Shown here in pieces: positions 8,534-16,786 of a DNA stretch of 22,755 nucleotides (positions within the stretch are counted from its first letter, which is position 1; every line of letters begins with the position of its first letter). Origin of the DNA: an uncultured archaeon (GTDB lineage: Archaea > Asgardarchaeota > Heimdallarchaeia > Heimdallarchaeales > Heimdallarchaeaceae); the NCBI GenBank assembly GCA_964549075.1, contig CAZJUB010000038.1, forward strand, positions 1 to 22,755, written 5' to 3'. The notes beneath the pieces are model-generated. The model was not told the DNA's origin and ran no database searches. It was given only the letters and a program-made list of their open reading frames with translations. The position numbers and the translations under genes were made by a program.

Positions 8534-9862
8534 CTATTTTAATATTGATAATCCTGGATATAATGGAAATTGGCTAGTTAGTTCGAGAATGTCTTTTCTG
8601 ACTTTTTTATTGACTTCAGATTCACCTTTTGCTTTGATAACTTCTGCTAGACCTTCAGCAATAACTTTCATTTCAGATTCTTTCATACCTCTAGAAGTTA
8701 TAGCTGGCGTTCCAAGTCTTAATCCAGAGGGATTAAATGGACTTGAAGGTTCATATGGAACAGTATTTTTGTTTAATGTTATACCAGCCTCATCTAATGC
8801 TGTTTGAATAAGACCTCCTTGACCAGTCAAATCTTCTGGACGTAAATCAATTAACATTAAATGATTGTCTGTACCATTTGTCACCAGTTTGATACCTAAA
8901 GCCATTAATTCATCAGCTAATGCTTTTGCATTCTTTACGATCTGTTTTGCATATTCTTTGAATTCCGGTTTCATTGCTTCTGCGAATGTAACAGCTTTTG
9001 CAGCAGTTACATGATCATGTGGCCCGCCTTGCAATCCGGGAAATACTGCAGAATCTATCAATCTTGCTAAAGTGAAAGGTTCTCCACTTTTTGTTTTCTT
9101 TTCTGGATGGTGAATCTCATGTAATCTATCTTCACTTTTACTCAATATAATAGCTCCACGTGGTCCTCGAAGACTTTTGTGAGTTGTAGTTGTTACCACA
9201 TCTGCATATGATACAGGACTTTCATGTACTCCACCTACAACCAAACCGGAAATATGTGAAATATCTGCAAGCTGATAAGCATCTACTTCCTCAGCAATTT
9301 CTTGAAAAGCTTTGAAATCAATTTTTCTAGGATATGCAGTTAACCCTGATATAATCATCTTTGGTTTTTCTTTTTTGGCTAGTTCTTCTATAACAGCCAT
9401 ATCTAGCATTTCAGTTTTTTTATCTACATCGTAACTAGCACAAGTATAATTCTTTCCTGAAAAATTAACAGGACTACCATGGGTCAAATGACCTCCAGAA
9501 GTAAGACTAAATCCTAAGAACTTGTCTTTCAAATTTAACAACGCAAAAAAGACTGCTTGATTAGCAGGAGAACCAGAATATGGTTGCACATTTACATGTT
9601 CAGCACCAAATAGTTTCTTAGCTCTTTCTATGGCAAGGGTTTCAATTTCATCAACTATTTCATTACCTCCGTAATATCTTTTCTTAGGATATCCTTCGGA
9701 ATATTTATTGGTAAAAACACTTCCCATGCATTGTAGAACAGAGCGATAGGTATAGTTCTCTGAAGGAATTAACTCTATTCCTTCTTCTTGGCGTTTTAAT
9801 TCTCTGAGAAGCATATCTGCTACTTCAGGATCAGAGCTTGAAACATCATTCATTAAATTCAT
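8534..9862 (-). CDS. glyA: Serine hydroxymethyltransferase, bacterial/eukaryotic THF-dependent type
   Basis: Motifs LIPSEN, NKYSEGYPKKRYYGG, NVQPYSGS, GGHLTHG, TTTTHKSLRGPRG (PLP K229), AVFPGLQGGP and SGLRLGTPA. Confidence 0.98.
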   Translation of the reverse strand: MNLMNDVSSSDPEVADMLLRELKRQEEGIELIPSENYTYRSVLQCMGSVFTNKYSEGYPKKRYYGGNEIVDEIETLAIERAKKLFGAEHVNVQPYSGSPANQAVFFALLNLKDKFLGFSLTSGGHLTHGSPVNFSGKNYTCASYDVDKKTEMLDMAVIEELAKKEKPKMIISGLTAYPRKIDFKAFQEIAEEVDAYQLADISHISGLVVGGVHESPVSYADVVTTTTHKSLRGPRGAIILSKSEDRLHEIHHPEKKTKSGEPFTLARLIDSAVFPGLQGGPHDHVTAAKAVTFAEAMKPEFKEYAKQIVKNAKALADELMALGIKLVTNGTDNHLMLIDLRPEDLTGQGGLIQTALDEAGITLNKNTVPYEPSSPFNPSGLRLGTPAITSRGMKESEMKVIAEGLAEVIKAKGESEVNKKVRKDILELTSQFPLYPGLSILK

Positions 9863-10013
9863 TTTTATCCTCTGAGGAATATCACAAAGTTTCTTTAAAT
9901 ATTTTTTCCACTCGCACCAATGCGTAAAAAATATTAAGTAACTACTAAACTAATATTTAGTTAGTTTTGGTTGCAAGATTCTTTCTTTCGTCTTTTTCTC
10001 CCTTTTTGTTCTT

Positions 10014-11303
10014 TTAGAATGGTATCACTCTTTCGTATCCTGTTTTTCCTTTCTTCTTTGTTGCATCTATTATTACTTTTATTGATGTATTATCTTCTCT
10101 CCTTCTTGACGGATCTAATGATGATCCTTTCACGTTCTCCAATATTGTTATATCGTTAACTCCAGCTCTTGTTATCCTCGCCCATTGCACAGCTTGTTCG
10201 TTTTTAATATCTATATCATCATTTACTACTGTCACCCATTTAAGTGAAGAATGAGCTTCAAAAGCTGTTAACCCTACTTTTTGAGCATCAATATCTGATT
10301 GCGTACTGATGGAAATAACAGCATTTAACCAACCGTTCCCGCTAGGAGAGAGATAGACACCATGTACCTCTGGAACAACTTTACTGATACAATTGTGTAT
10401 AGTTGCTTCTCTCGGAAAACCCATAAGGATGAAATGTTCCTCGTAAGCCGGTAGAATAGTTTGGAAAATTGCTTCATTACGATAATGCATATCCTCAAAC
10501 TGGATAATGGGTTGGGAACGTATATCATCTGGTGTACCAGTGATATCTACAAAAGGCCCTTCTTTAGCTTCTTGATCAGCAAGGATTTTACCCTCTAGAA
10601 TAAACTCTACATCAGAAGGAACAAGAATGCCATAACGAGGAGTCTTGATAACCGAAAGATTACCTCGCATAAGGGAATTAGCTATAACTAATTCTGAACT
10701 ATTGATAGGTGTAGGAGAAGATGCAGCTAAAGCTAAAACAGGATGATATCCATTAACAAAAGCAATTGGTGTGTCTAATCCTTTTTCCTTGTTTTCAGTG
10801 AAAATTTTATACAGATTACGAGGAACAATCCGTATAGTTCCTTGTTGGTCATTAAGAATCATAATCCGATGTATACTAAGATTAGGGATATTGGTACCAG
10901 GAAAATTGGCAAAAATGATGCCAGATGTTAGATATTTACCACCATCAACTGGAAAGAATTTAGGAATAGGGAGAGAGGAAAGATTAGTAGGTTCAGTATT
11001 AGAAAAAGTTTGGCTAGAATCAGTTATAGAGGGAACTTGAGGATTAAGTAATGACTGTTGGAAGAATGAATAATGATTTTCATGTTCATTAAGGACAAAT
11101 TTGAGTTGCTCTCGAGAGGAGAGACAATTAGCTATAAGAGGAAAACGAGAACCTTTTACTTTAGAAAAAAGAACTGCTTTAGAGGGATTTGTCTGTAGGT
11201 ATTCAGTAATCTCATACTCCGCTTTAACTTCATGGGTGATATTGACAAGTAACTCAAATTGTTTGAGTATTTCAAGATAAGGTCGTAAACTCATATCAAT
11301 CAC
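10014..11303 (-). CDS. UbiD-family prFMN decarboxylase, probably anhydromevalonate-phosphate decarboxylase of the archaeal mevalonate pathway
   Basis: Motifs DGGKY, NLSIHR, EFILEG, EGPFVDITG, EHFILMG, AHSSLK-x-V-x-VVNDDIDI and GSSLDPS. Start is GTG 11303 or ATG 11294. Confidence 0.85.
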   Translation of the reverse strand: MIDMSLRPYLEILKQFELLVNITHEVKAEYEITEYLQTNPSKAVLFSKVKGSRFPLIANCLSSREQLKFVLNEHENHYSFFQQSLLNPQVPSITDSSQTFSNTEPTNLSSLPIPKFFPVDGGKYLTSGIIFANFPGTNIPNLSIHRIMILNDQQGTIRIVPRNLYKIFTENKEKGLDTPIAFVNGYHPVLALAASSPTPINSSELVIANSLMRGNLSVIKTPRYGILVPSDVEFILEGKILADQEAKEGPFVDITGTPDDIRSQPIIQFEDMHYRNEAIFQTILPAYEEHFILMGFPREATIHNCISKVVPEVHGVYLSPSGNGWLNAVISISTQSDIDAQKVGLTAFEAHSSLKWVTVVNDDIDIKNEQAVQWARITRAGVNDITILENVKGSSLDPSRRREDNTSIKVIIDATKKKGKTGYERVIPF

Positions 11304-11388
11304 AATTGATTCTAATTGTAAAAAACATAAGATACAATGATTTAAATATCTTGTTAGAAGAAAAATCGTTAGAAATATTAAACCATTG

Positions 11389-11473
11389 GCGGGGATTGCC
11401 GAGTGGTCAAAGGCGCTAGATTCAGGTTCTAGTCCTTAGTGGTTCGGGAGTTCAAATCTCCCTCCCCGCACCA
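11389..11473 (+). tRNA. tRNA-Leu(CAG), intronless, long variable arm, CCA encoded
   Basis: Acceptor stem GCGGGGA/TCCCCGC, anticodon arm CTAGA-TT-CAG-GT-TCTAG, T arm GGGAG-TTCAAAT-CTCCC and ACCA end. TTTAAATA box at 11341-11348. Confidence 0.97.
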
Positions 11474-11498
11474 ATAATAAATTTTAGCATAAATTGAG

Positions 11499-12002
11499 GT
11501 GGAAGAAGTGAAGATAGGTATTATGAGTGATAGTCACGATCATAGACCAAATATACAAAAAGCTCTTGCTATATTCAAAGAGAAGGAGGTTGAGATAATC
11601 ATTCATGCAGGAGATATGATCTCTCCTTTCTGTGTAAAAATGTTTGAGGAATTTAAAGGTAAGTTTTATTTATGTGCTGGAAATAATTCGGGAGATACAA
11701 AAGTAATAAGTAACATGATGAAAGAAGTAGGATTTTTCTTTGAAGATGTAGGTGAGTTTGAGATAGAAGGTAAGACCTTTGCTTTGTATCATGGAACAGA
11801 TGAATTGAAATTGAATTCCTTAATTTATTCCAAAGAACCTTATGATTATGTTATTACTGGTCATACACATAAGAAGCTTCTAAAGAAAATAGATAAGACA
11901 ATGGTAATTAATCCAGGAGAAACATTTGATCTATATGAAAATCCTACAGTGGCTATTTTAGATTTAGAAAATAGAAAGGTAGAATTTTATTCCTTAAAAT
12001 AG
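11499..12002 (+). CDS. Metallophosphoesterase, MJ0936/YfcE (Vps29-related) family
   Basis: Calcineurin-like motifs SDSH, HAGD, GNN, HG, GHTH and NPG. Confidence 0.92.
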   Translation: MEEVKIGIMSDSHDHRPNIQKALAIFKEKEVEIIIHAGDMISPFCVKMFEEFKGKFYLCAGNNSGDTKVISNMMKEVGFFFEDVGEFEIEGKTFALYHGTDELKLNSLIYSKEPYDYVITGHTHKKLLKKIDKTMVINPGETFDLYENPTVAILDLENRKVEFYSLK

Positions 12003-12021
12003 TGAAAGAGATTTGAAAAAT

Positions 12022-13197
12022 ATGGCAATCTCTTCCCAAATCCCATTAATATCAGTAGAACTTCGTGAATATTTAGAGTCAATTTTAGGATTTGAAAAGA
12101 CAAAAAAATATCTGAGTGCTATATCAACGCCTATGGAAGAATATACCTTGCATATTTTTCAGAAGCATGAGTTAGCAGACAATATTATTGAAAGAATACT
12201 AGAATGTGAGTATAAAGCTTATCAACACCCAGATTTCCTTAATTTAATAATAACTCAACCAAAAGGACCTTTTGAAATAGAAAGTCAAGAGAATTTGAAA
12301 GAAATAATTGTTGATAATAGAGCAGCGGAAATGGTCTATCAAGGTTCAGATATTTTCGTTCCTGGAGTTAAAAGAGCTAATAAAGTAAAAGAAAATGATA
12401 TAGTTTATGTAAAAAATCAAAAAGGGATTGTTGTAGCAAAAGCAGAAGCTCTAATGAGTCATAATACAATTCTAACTAAAAACAAAGGACTTGCAGCAAA
12501 AAATCTCGAATCCTATTATAAGGTTCCTAGTGTTTCACAGTTGGGTTTGGATGACTATCCAATATACTTCCATAGTTTTCCCGCTTATTTAACCAGTTTA
12601 AATCTAAATCCACAACAAGGAGAGAAGATACTAGATTGTTGCGCTGCACCAGGTAATAAAACAATTCATTTGAGTGAATTAAGCAAAGGAACAGGAAATA
12701 TAATCGCAGTAGATAGATCAAAAACAAGGTTAGATCATTTAATAAAAAAAATCTCAAAATTTAAAATAAAAAACATAACAGCAGTAGTTGGAGATATAAT
12801 CGAACTAAGTAAACAATGGACAGTTAAATTCGATAAGATACTATTGGATCCTCCATGTACTGCTCTTGGTCTTAGACCTAGATTGGTTCTTGAAACAACT
12901 AAAAGAACTATCGAAACAACAGCAAAATATCAAAAAGCAATCCTTTTTGCCTGTAGTCAACTTCTAAAACCTGGAGGAGAACTGGTTTACTCTACCTGTA
13001 CAATTACTAAAGAAGAGAATGAAGATGTGATTTATCAAGCTAGTGATGTTGAATTAGAAATTATAGATCAAAATTATAAAGTTTTAAAGACTGTGTCTAC
13101 AGATTTAGAATCTCATCCCTATCTGCAAAGATTCATTCCAGGTAGAGATAAAACTTTAGGATATTTTATTGCTAAATTGAAGAAACCTCAAAGTTAA
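12022..13197 (+). CDS. PUA-domain RNA m5C methyltransferase, NSUN6-like (tRNA C72 type)
   Basis: PUA segment IIVDNRAAEMVYQGSDIFVPGV, SAM motif LDCCAAPGNKT, and catalytic DPPCTALGLRP and YSTCT. ATG 12022 is preferred over TTG 12013. Confidence 0.9.
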   Translation: MAISSQIPLISVELREYLESILGFEKTKKYLSAISTPMEEYTLHIFQKHELADNIIERILECEYKAYQHPDFLNLIITQPKGPFEIESQENLKEIIVDNRAAEMVYQGSDIFVPGVKRANKVKENDIVYVKNQKGIVVAKAEALMSHNTILTKNKGLAAKNLESYYKVPSVSQLGLDDYPIYFHSFPAYLTSLNLNPQQGEKILDCCAAPGNKTIHLSELSKGTGNIIAVDRSKTRLDHLIKKISKFKIKNITAVVGDIIELSKQWTVKFDKILLDPPCTALGLRPRLVLETTKRTIETTAKYQKAILFACSQLLKPGGELVYSTCTITKEENEDVIYQASDVELEIIDQNYKVLKTVSTDLESHPYLQRFIPGRDKTLGYFIAKLKKPQS

Positions 13198-13238
13198 TAC
13201 CGAACCTTTTTTAATTTCAATTTTTTCTTTAACATGAA

Positions 13239-14093
13239 ATGAGTTTCTTAGACAAAGATACCTGTATTCTGATTACAAGCACGAGACATAAGTATAGTCG
13301 AGATCTTGCTTTATCGTTTCATGAGAAACTGAAAAATAGGGGTTATACTTCTTTTCTTGATACTTATTTAGCAGAAACCTTAGAACAACCAGAATTAGCA
13401 TGCCCTGAAAAGAAACCTTCTATAATTTTTGTTTTTGGAGGAGATGGTACAATTCTCAGAACATACGAGGTTTGGAAAAATGTTCCAATCTTTGCTATAA
13501 ACTGTGGTAAAGTTGGATTTCTTACAGAAATAAATCCAGATCAGATTGATGACGCATTAGATTCTCTTGAGAACGGAAAAGGTTTCATTGAGAGTTTCAA
13601 TACAATAAGTGTATCAACTAGGCATTCAGAAACAGTTTCAGCAGTAAACGATGTTGTAGTCACCTGTGATACAATAGGACAATCAGTTAGTCTTAAGCTT
13701 CATGTGGATGATCAATATGTTTATACTCTTGATGCAGATGGTTTAATTATTGCAACAAGTATAGGTTCTAGTGCATATGGCTTATCAGCTGGAGGTTCAT
13801 TAATTGTTCCAACGTTAGAAGCAATTACTGCAGTACCTATATGTCCTTTCTCTAGACGAGTTGTACCAATGGTTTTTCCGCTGAATTCGAAGCTCAAAGT
13901 TACAAACTTAAGTAAAACAAAATATGGAAGTGTTGTAATCGATGGAAAGGTACATTACAATATAGGTTATCTAGAATCAATTGAAGTGAAAAAATCAGAA
14001 AATAAAATAAATTTCATTCGGTTCGAAGAAAATTACATTAAAAGGGTAAGGGAAAAGCTTCTAAGATTCAATCTTGATGATAGAGATGAGTGA
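13239..14093 (+). CDS. nadK: NAD(+)/NADH kinase
   Basis: Motifs GGDGTIL, INCGKVGFL, AVND, DGLIIATSIGSSAYGLSAGG, PICP and IDG. Confidence 0.95.
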   Translation: MSFLDKDTCILITSTRHKYSRDLALSFHEKLKNRGYTSFLDTYLAETLEQPELACPEKKPSIIFVFGGDGTILRTYEVWKNVPIFAINCGKVGFLTEINPDQIDDALDSLENGKGFIESFNTISVSTRHSETVSAVNDVVVTCDTIGQSVSLKLHVDDQYVYTLDADGLIIATSIGSSAYGLSAGGSLIVPTLEAITAVPICPFSRRVVPMVFPLNSKLKVTNLSKTKYGSVVIDGKVHYNIGYLESIEVKKSENKINFIRFEENYIKRVREKLLRFNLDDRDE

Positions 14094-14595
14094 AGAAGGA
14101 AGTCTGCACTATTTAATTGTTGATTCCACAGCGATAATTCATCAGTTTGTACTTGAAAACAAATTGAAAGATAATGAATTTTTAATTGTACCTGAACTAT
14201 TGCTGAGAGAACTCAAATCATTTGAGTCAAAATCTATTCTAAGTTTATTAGAAGCTGAAGGGAAACTTACCCAACTAAATCCGTCTTCAGCAGCTTTAGA
14301 GAAGATTATTGAAATTTCAAAGAAATCAGGAGATTATGGGTCTTTATCTCAAACAGATTTGCATGTATTAGCGTTAGCATTAGATTATCCAGATTCAGTT
14401 ATTTATAGTGATGATAATGCTGTTCAAAATGTTAGTGCGTTTTTAGATGTAAAGGTGATATCACAACATTTCAAAATAAAACAGAAAAGGGAGTATTTCT
14501 GGAAATGTACGGTATGTGGTAGTAAATATTCGCAGAAAGTTGAAGTTTGTCTTGATTGTGGTAGTCCAATAAAGCGATTTTTCAAGAGAAAATAA
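14086..14595 (+). CDS. nob1: Nob1 PIN-domain/Zn-ribbon endonuclease (SSU rRNA 3' maturation)
   Basis: PIN motifs VDSTAII, RELK, LSQTD and SDDNAVQN, plus Zn ribbon CTVC...CLDCG. The probable ATG at 14086 overlaps the nadK stop by 8 nt. Confidence 0.9.
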   Translation: MSEEGSLHYLIVDSTAIIHQFVLENKLKDNEFLIVPELLLRELKSFESKSILSLLEAEGKLTQLNPSSAALEKIIEISKKSGDYGSLSQTDLHVLALALDYPDSVIYSDDNAVQNVSAFLDVKVISQHFKIKQKREYFWKCTVCGSKYSQKVEVCLDCGSPIKRFFKRK

Positions 14596-14618
14596 AAAAA
14601 TCTACTAAGAAGAGTATT

Positions 14619-15722
14619 TTACGATAAAGCTTCCAATGCTTCAATTAACGCCAGCACAAATTTATCGTTAATTTCAGCATCTCCTAATGTTGCAACAAAG
14701 TATTGATCTGCATCATTGAATTCGTGAGTTTTGTTGAAAGTTTGAACGATTATCCCCTTACTACACAATTGTTCATATAGTTCTTTGATATTTTTCTTAT
14801 ACTTGATAAATAAGAAGTTGGTATCACTTTTGTATACTTTTAACCCACTAAGTATCTTCAATTGACCTTGAATTCGTTTTCTTTCTTCATTAAAAGCATT
14901 AATTAGCTCAACGAATTTATAAGGGGATTGAAGAATCTGTTTAGTTGCTAATGCGTGTATAGGTGGGATCTCTTCAGTGAAATATTTCTTTTTCAGCAAA
15001 CCCACTATCCCAGAATCTGCTACAAGATAAGCACTTGATAGTGATCCTAGCCCCCAAGCTTTGGAAAAAGATCTAACAATAATCAGATTATCAAAGCGCT
15101 TAACTTGGTTTACTAAACTATATCTTCCAAACTCAACATAAGATTCATCTATTATTATAGGAAGACTTGTTTCTTTAGCTAGAGTTAAAACATCATTTTC
15201 TCTAAACTGATTGGAGGTAGGATAATGAGGTGATGTGAATACAATCGCTTTTGGTGATTTTATTTCTATCTCTTCTAGAATTGCATTTATATCTAATTCA
15301 AAGTTTTCCAATAAACTAACTTTATTGATTTTTAGTCTTTGAGTTTCTGCAATTATTGAAAAGATATCTTTATCAGGTGAGATTAAAATGATTCCATTTC
15401 TTGCTTTTGTAAGTGTCGATAAAATCCTTTGAATAAGTTGGTTATGGGTTAATCCAGGATAAAGAAATGATGTTTCAACCCCAATGAATCTTGCTATTTC
15501 ATCTAGGAAAGTATAATAATCAATCGGGTAACTATCGCGGGGATCAATTGATTCTATCTTTTTTATCACAAGTTCTTGAATTAGAGATGGTGGAATGAAC
15601 AAATTATCTCCGAGACTTAAATCAATAATTTGGTCTTGTGTAAGGTCATATTTCTCCGCAATTTCTTGATGTCGTTTTTTTCTTTCAAGAGCTGATCCTG
15701 TTATTGAAATTTTGTTTGACAT
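14619..15722 (-). CDS. Fold-type I PLP enzyme-like protein (HisC/CobD family), catalytically divergent
   Basis: Retains YP, IDESYVEF, RSFSKAWGL (K221) and SDTNFL. Several family-invariant residues are replaced (see findings). Confidence 0.85.
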   Translation of the reverse strand: MSNKISITGSALERKKRHQEIAEKYDLTQDQIIDLSLGDNLFIPPSLIQELVIKKIESIDPRDSYPIDYYTFLDEIARFIGVETSFLYPGLTHNQLIQRILSTLTKARNGIILISPDKDIFSIIAETQRLKINKVSLLENFELDINAILEEIEIKSPKAIVFTSPHYPTSNQFRENDVLTLAKETSLPIIIDESYVEFGRYSLVNQVKRFDNLIIVRSFSKAWGLGSLSSAYLVADSGIVGLLKKKYFTEEIPPIHALATKQILQSPYKFVELINAFNEERKRIQGQLKILSGLKVYKSDTNFLFIKYKKNIKELYEQLCSKGIIVQTFNKTHEFNDADQYFVATLGDAEINDKFVLALIEALEALS

Positions 15723-15744
15723 CTTTATTACTTCACAATCTGGA

Positions 15745-15770
15745 TTAACAGTTTATGCTGAAACTGTTAA
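15745..15770. promoter_or_regulatory. Perfect inverted repeat TTAACAGTTT-N6-AAACTGTTAA, candidate operator
   Basis: 10-bp arms at 15745-15754 and 15761-15770. The right arm overlaps the minus-strand TATA-like ATAGGTTTTTTTAA (15767-15780). The operator role is inferred. Confidence 0.6.
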
Positions 15771-15895
15771 AAAAACCTATTGGTCATAAAAAATATTTTA
15801 GATTACCATTATTTTTTTAAGTAAGGATAAAACTAAAAAAGAATTAAGTATTGGATTATTTACTTATACTAATAATATCTCTAGGTGAAATATTA

Positions 15896-16786
15896 ATGGT
15901 TCATAAATTTACTGTAGAATTTCCTGAAAGGATATGGGATGCTGTTATGGAAAAAAAAGGACCAGGTTCAATTAAGGATTTCCTTATCAAGTTAATTGAG
16001 AAGGAGTTCGAATTAAGAAAAATCAAAACCTTAATACTAGCAGGAGGAGAAGGGGCAAGATTGAAACCATTAACTGAAACCATTCCTAAAGCTATGATTC
16101 CTGTTGGTTACAAACCTCTGCTCGAATACAATCTAGAGTTAATATCAAAAAGCGGAATCACTGATGTTATATTATTGATAGGAAAATTGGGAAATCGAAT
16201 AATGAAATATTTCGGTCAGAATTGGAACGATTTGAATTTAAGTTATGTAAGTGAAACTACAAATTTAGACACAGCTGGAGCAATATATAATGCACGTAAC
16301 TTAATCTCAGATACTTTTGTTGTTATGCATTCTGATATTCTGACTGATATAAACCTGAGTAGCATAATTGAATATCATAAGAAACAAAGTAAAAATTATC
16401 TAGCAACATTGTGTGGTATAGGAGTAAATCATTACTACAAATCTATGGGGAAAACTGCAGAAAAAGGTCTTTTCTCTGATTATGGTGTATTTTATGTTGA
16501 TGACTTGACTTCCAATACAGTAACCAAATTTGAAGAAATCCCCACAAAGACTCAACAAAGTGGTTTCATCAATACAGGTATTTATGTTTTTGAACCCGAA
16601 ATAATAGATTATTTATCTAGTGCAGAAGGGAAATCTATATCTGGTGATATATTGCCTGAGATCATTAAAGAGAAGAAAGTTAAAGCATATTTGTGTCCAA
16701 AAAATGCTTTTTGGATAGATGTTGCCCATCCTGACCGATGGAGTAAAGCTTGGGATGTTCTTTTCTCAGGAGCTTTTGAAATATAA
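15896..16786 (+). CDS. Sugar-phosphate nucleotidyltransferase (GT-A NTP_transferase) with N-terminal RHH-like domain
   Basis: Motifs LILAGGEGARLKPLT...PKAM, LDTAGA, SDIL, YGV, INTGIYVF and WID. ATG 15896 follows an AGGTGA ribosome-binding site (15883-15888). The first ~41 aa follow a beta-alpha-alpha pattern. Confidence 0.88.
   Translation: MVHKFTVEFPERIWDAVMEKKGPGSIKDFLIKLIEKEFELRKIKTLILAGGEGARLKPLTETIPKAMIPVGYKPLLEYNLELISKSGITDVILLIGKLGNRIMKYFGQNWNDLNLSYVSETTNLDTAGAIYNARNLISDTFVVMHSDILTDINLSSIIEYHKKQSKNYLATLCGIGVNHYYKSMGKTAEKGLFSDYGVFYVDDLTSNTVTKFEEIPTKTQQSGFINTGIYVFEPEIIDYLSSAEGKSISGDILPEIIKEKKVKAYLCPKNAFWIDVAHPDRWSKAWDVLFSGAFEI

Noticed and set aside
9863-9960. THF, ZTP or glycine riboswitch upstream of glyA (or folD)
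   Set aside because: The leaders are short and AT-rich, with no recognisable aptamer consensus.
8526-11040. Short ORFs at 8526, 9971, 10325 and 10771
   Set aside because: They overlap glyA or ubiD antisense or out of frame, with no motifs or clear RBS.
15851-15895. TTG start giving a hydrophobic signal-like N-terminus (MDYLLILIISLGEIL)
   Set aside because: ATG 15896 has a well-placed AGGTGA RBS. The extension is probably AT-rich untranslated sequence.
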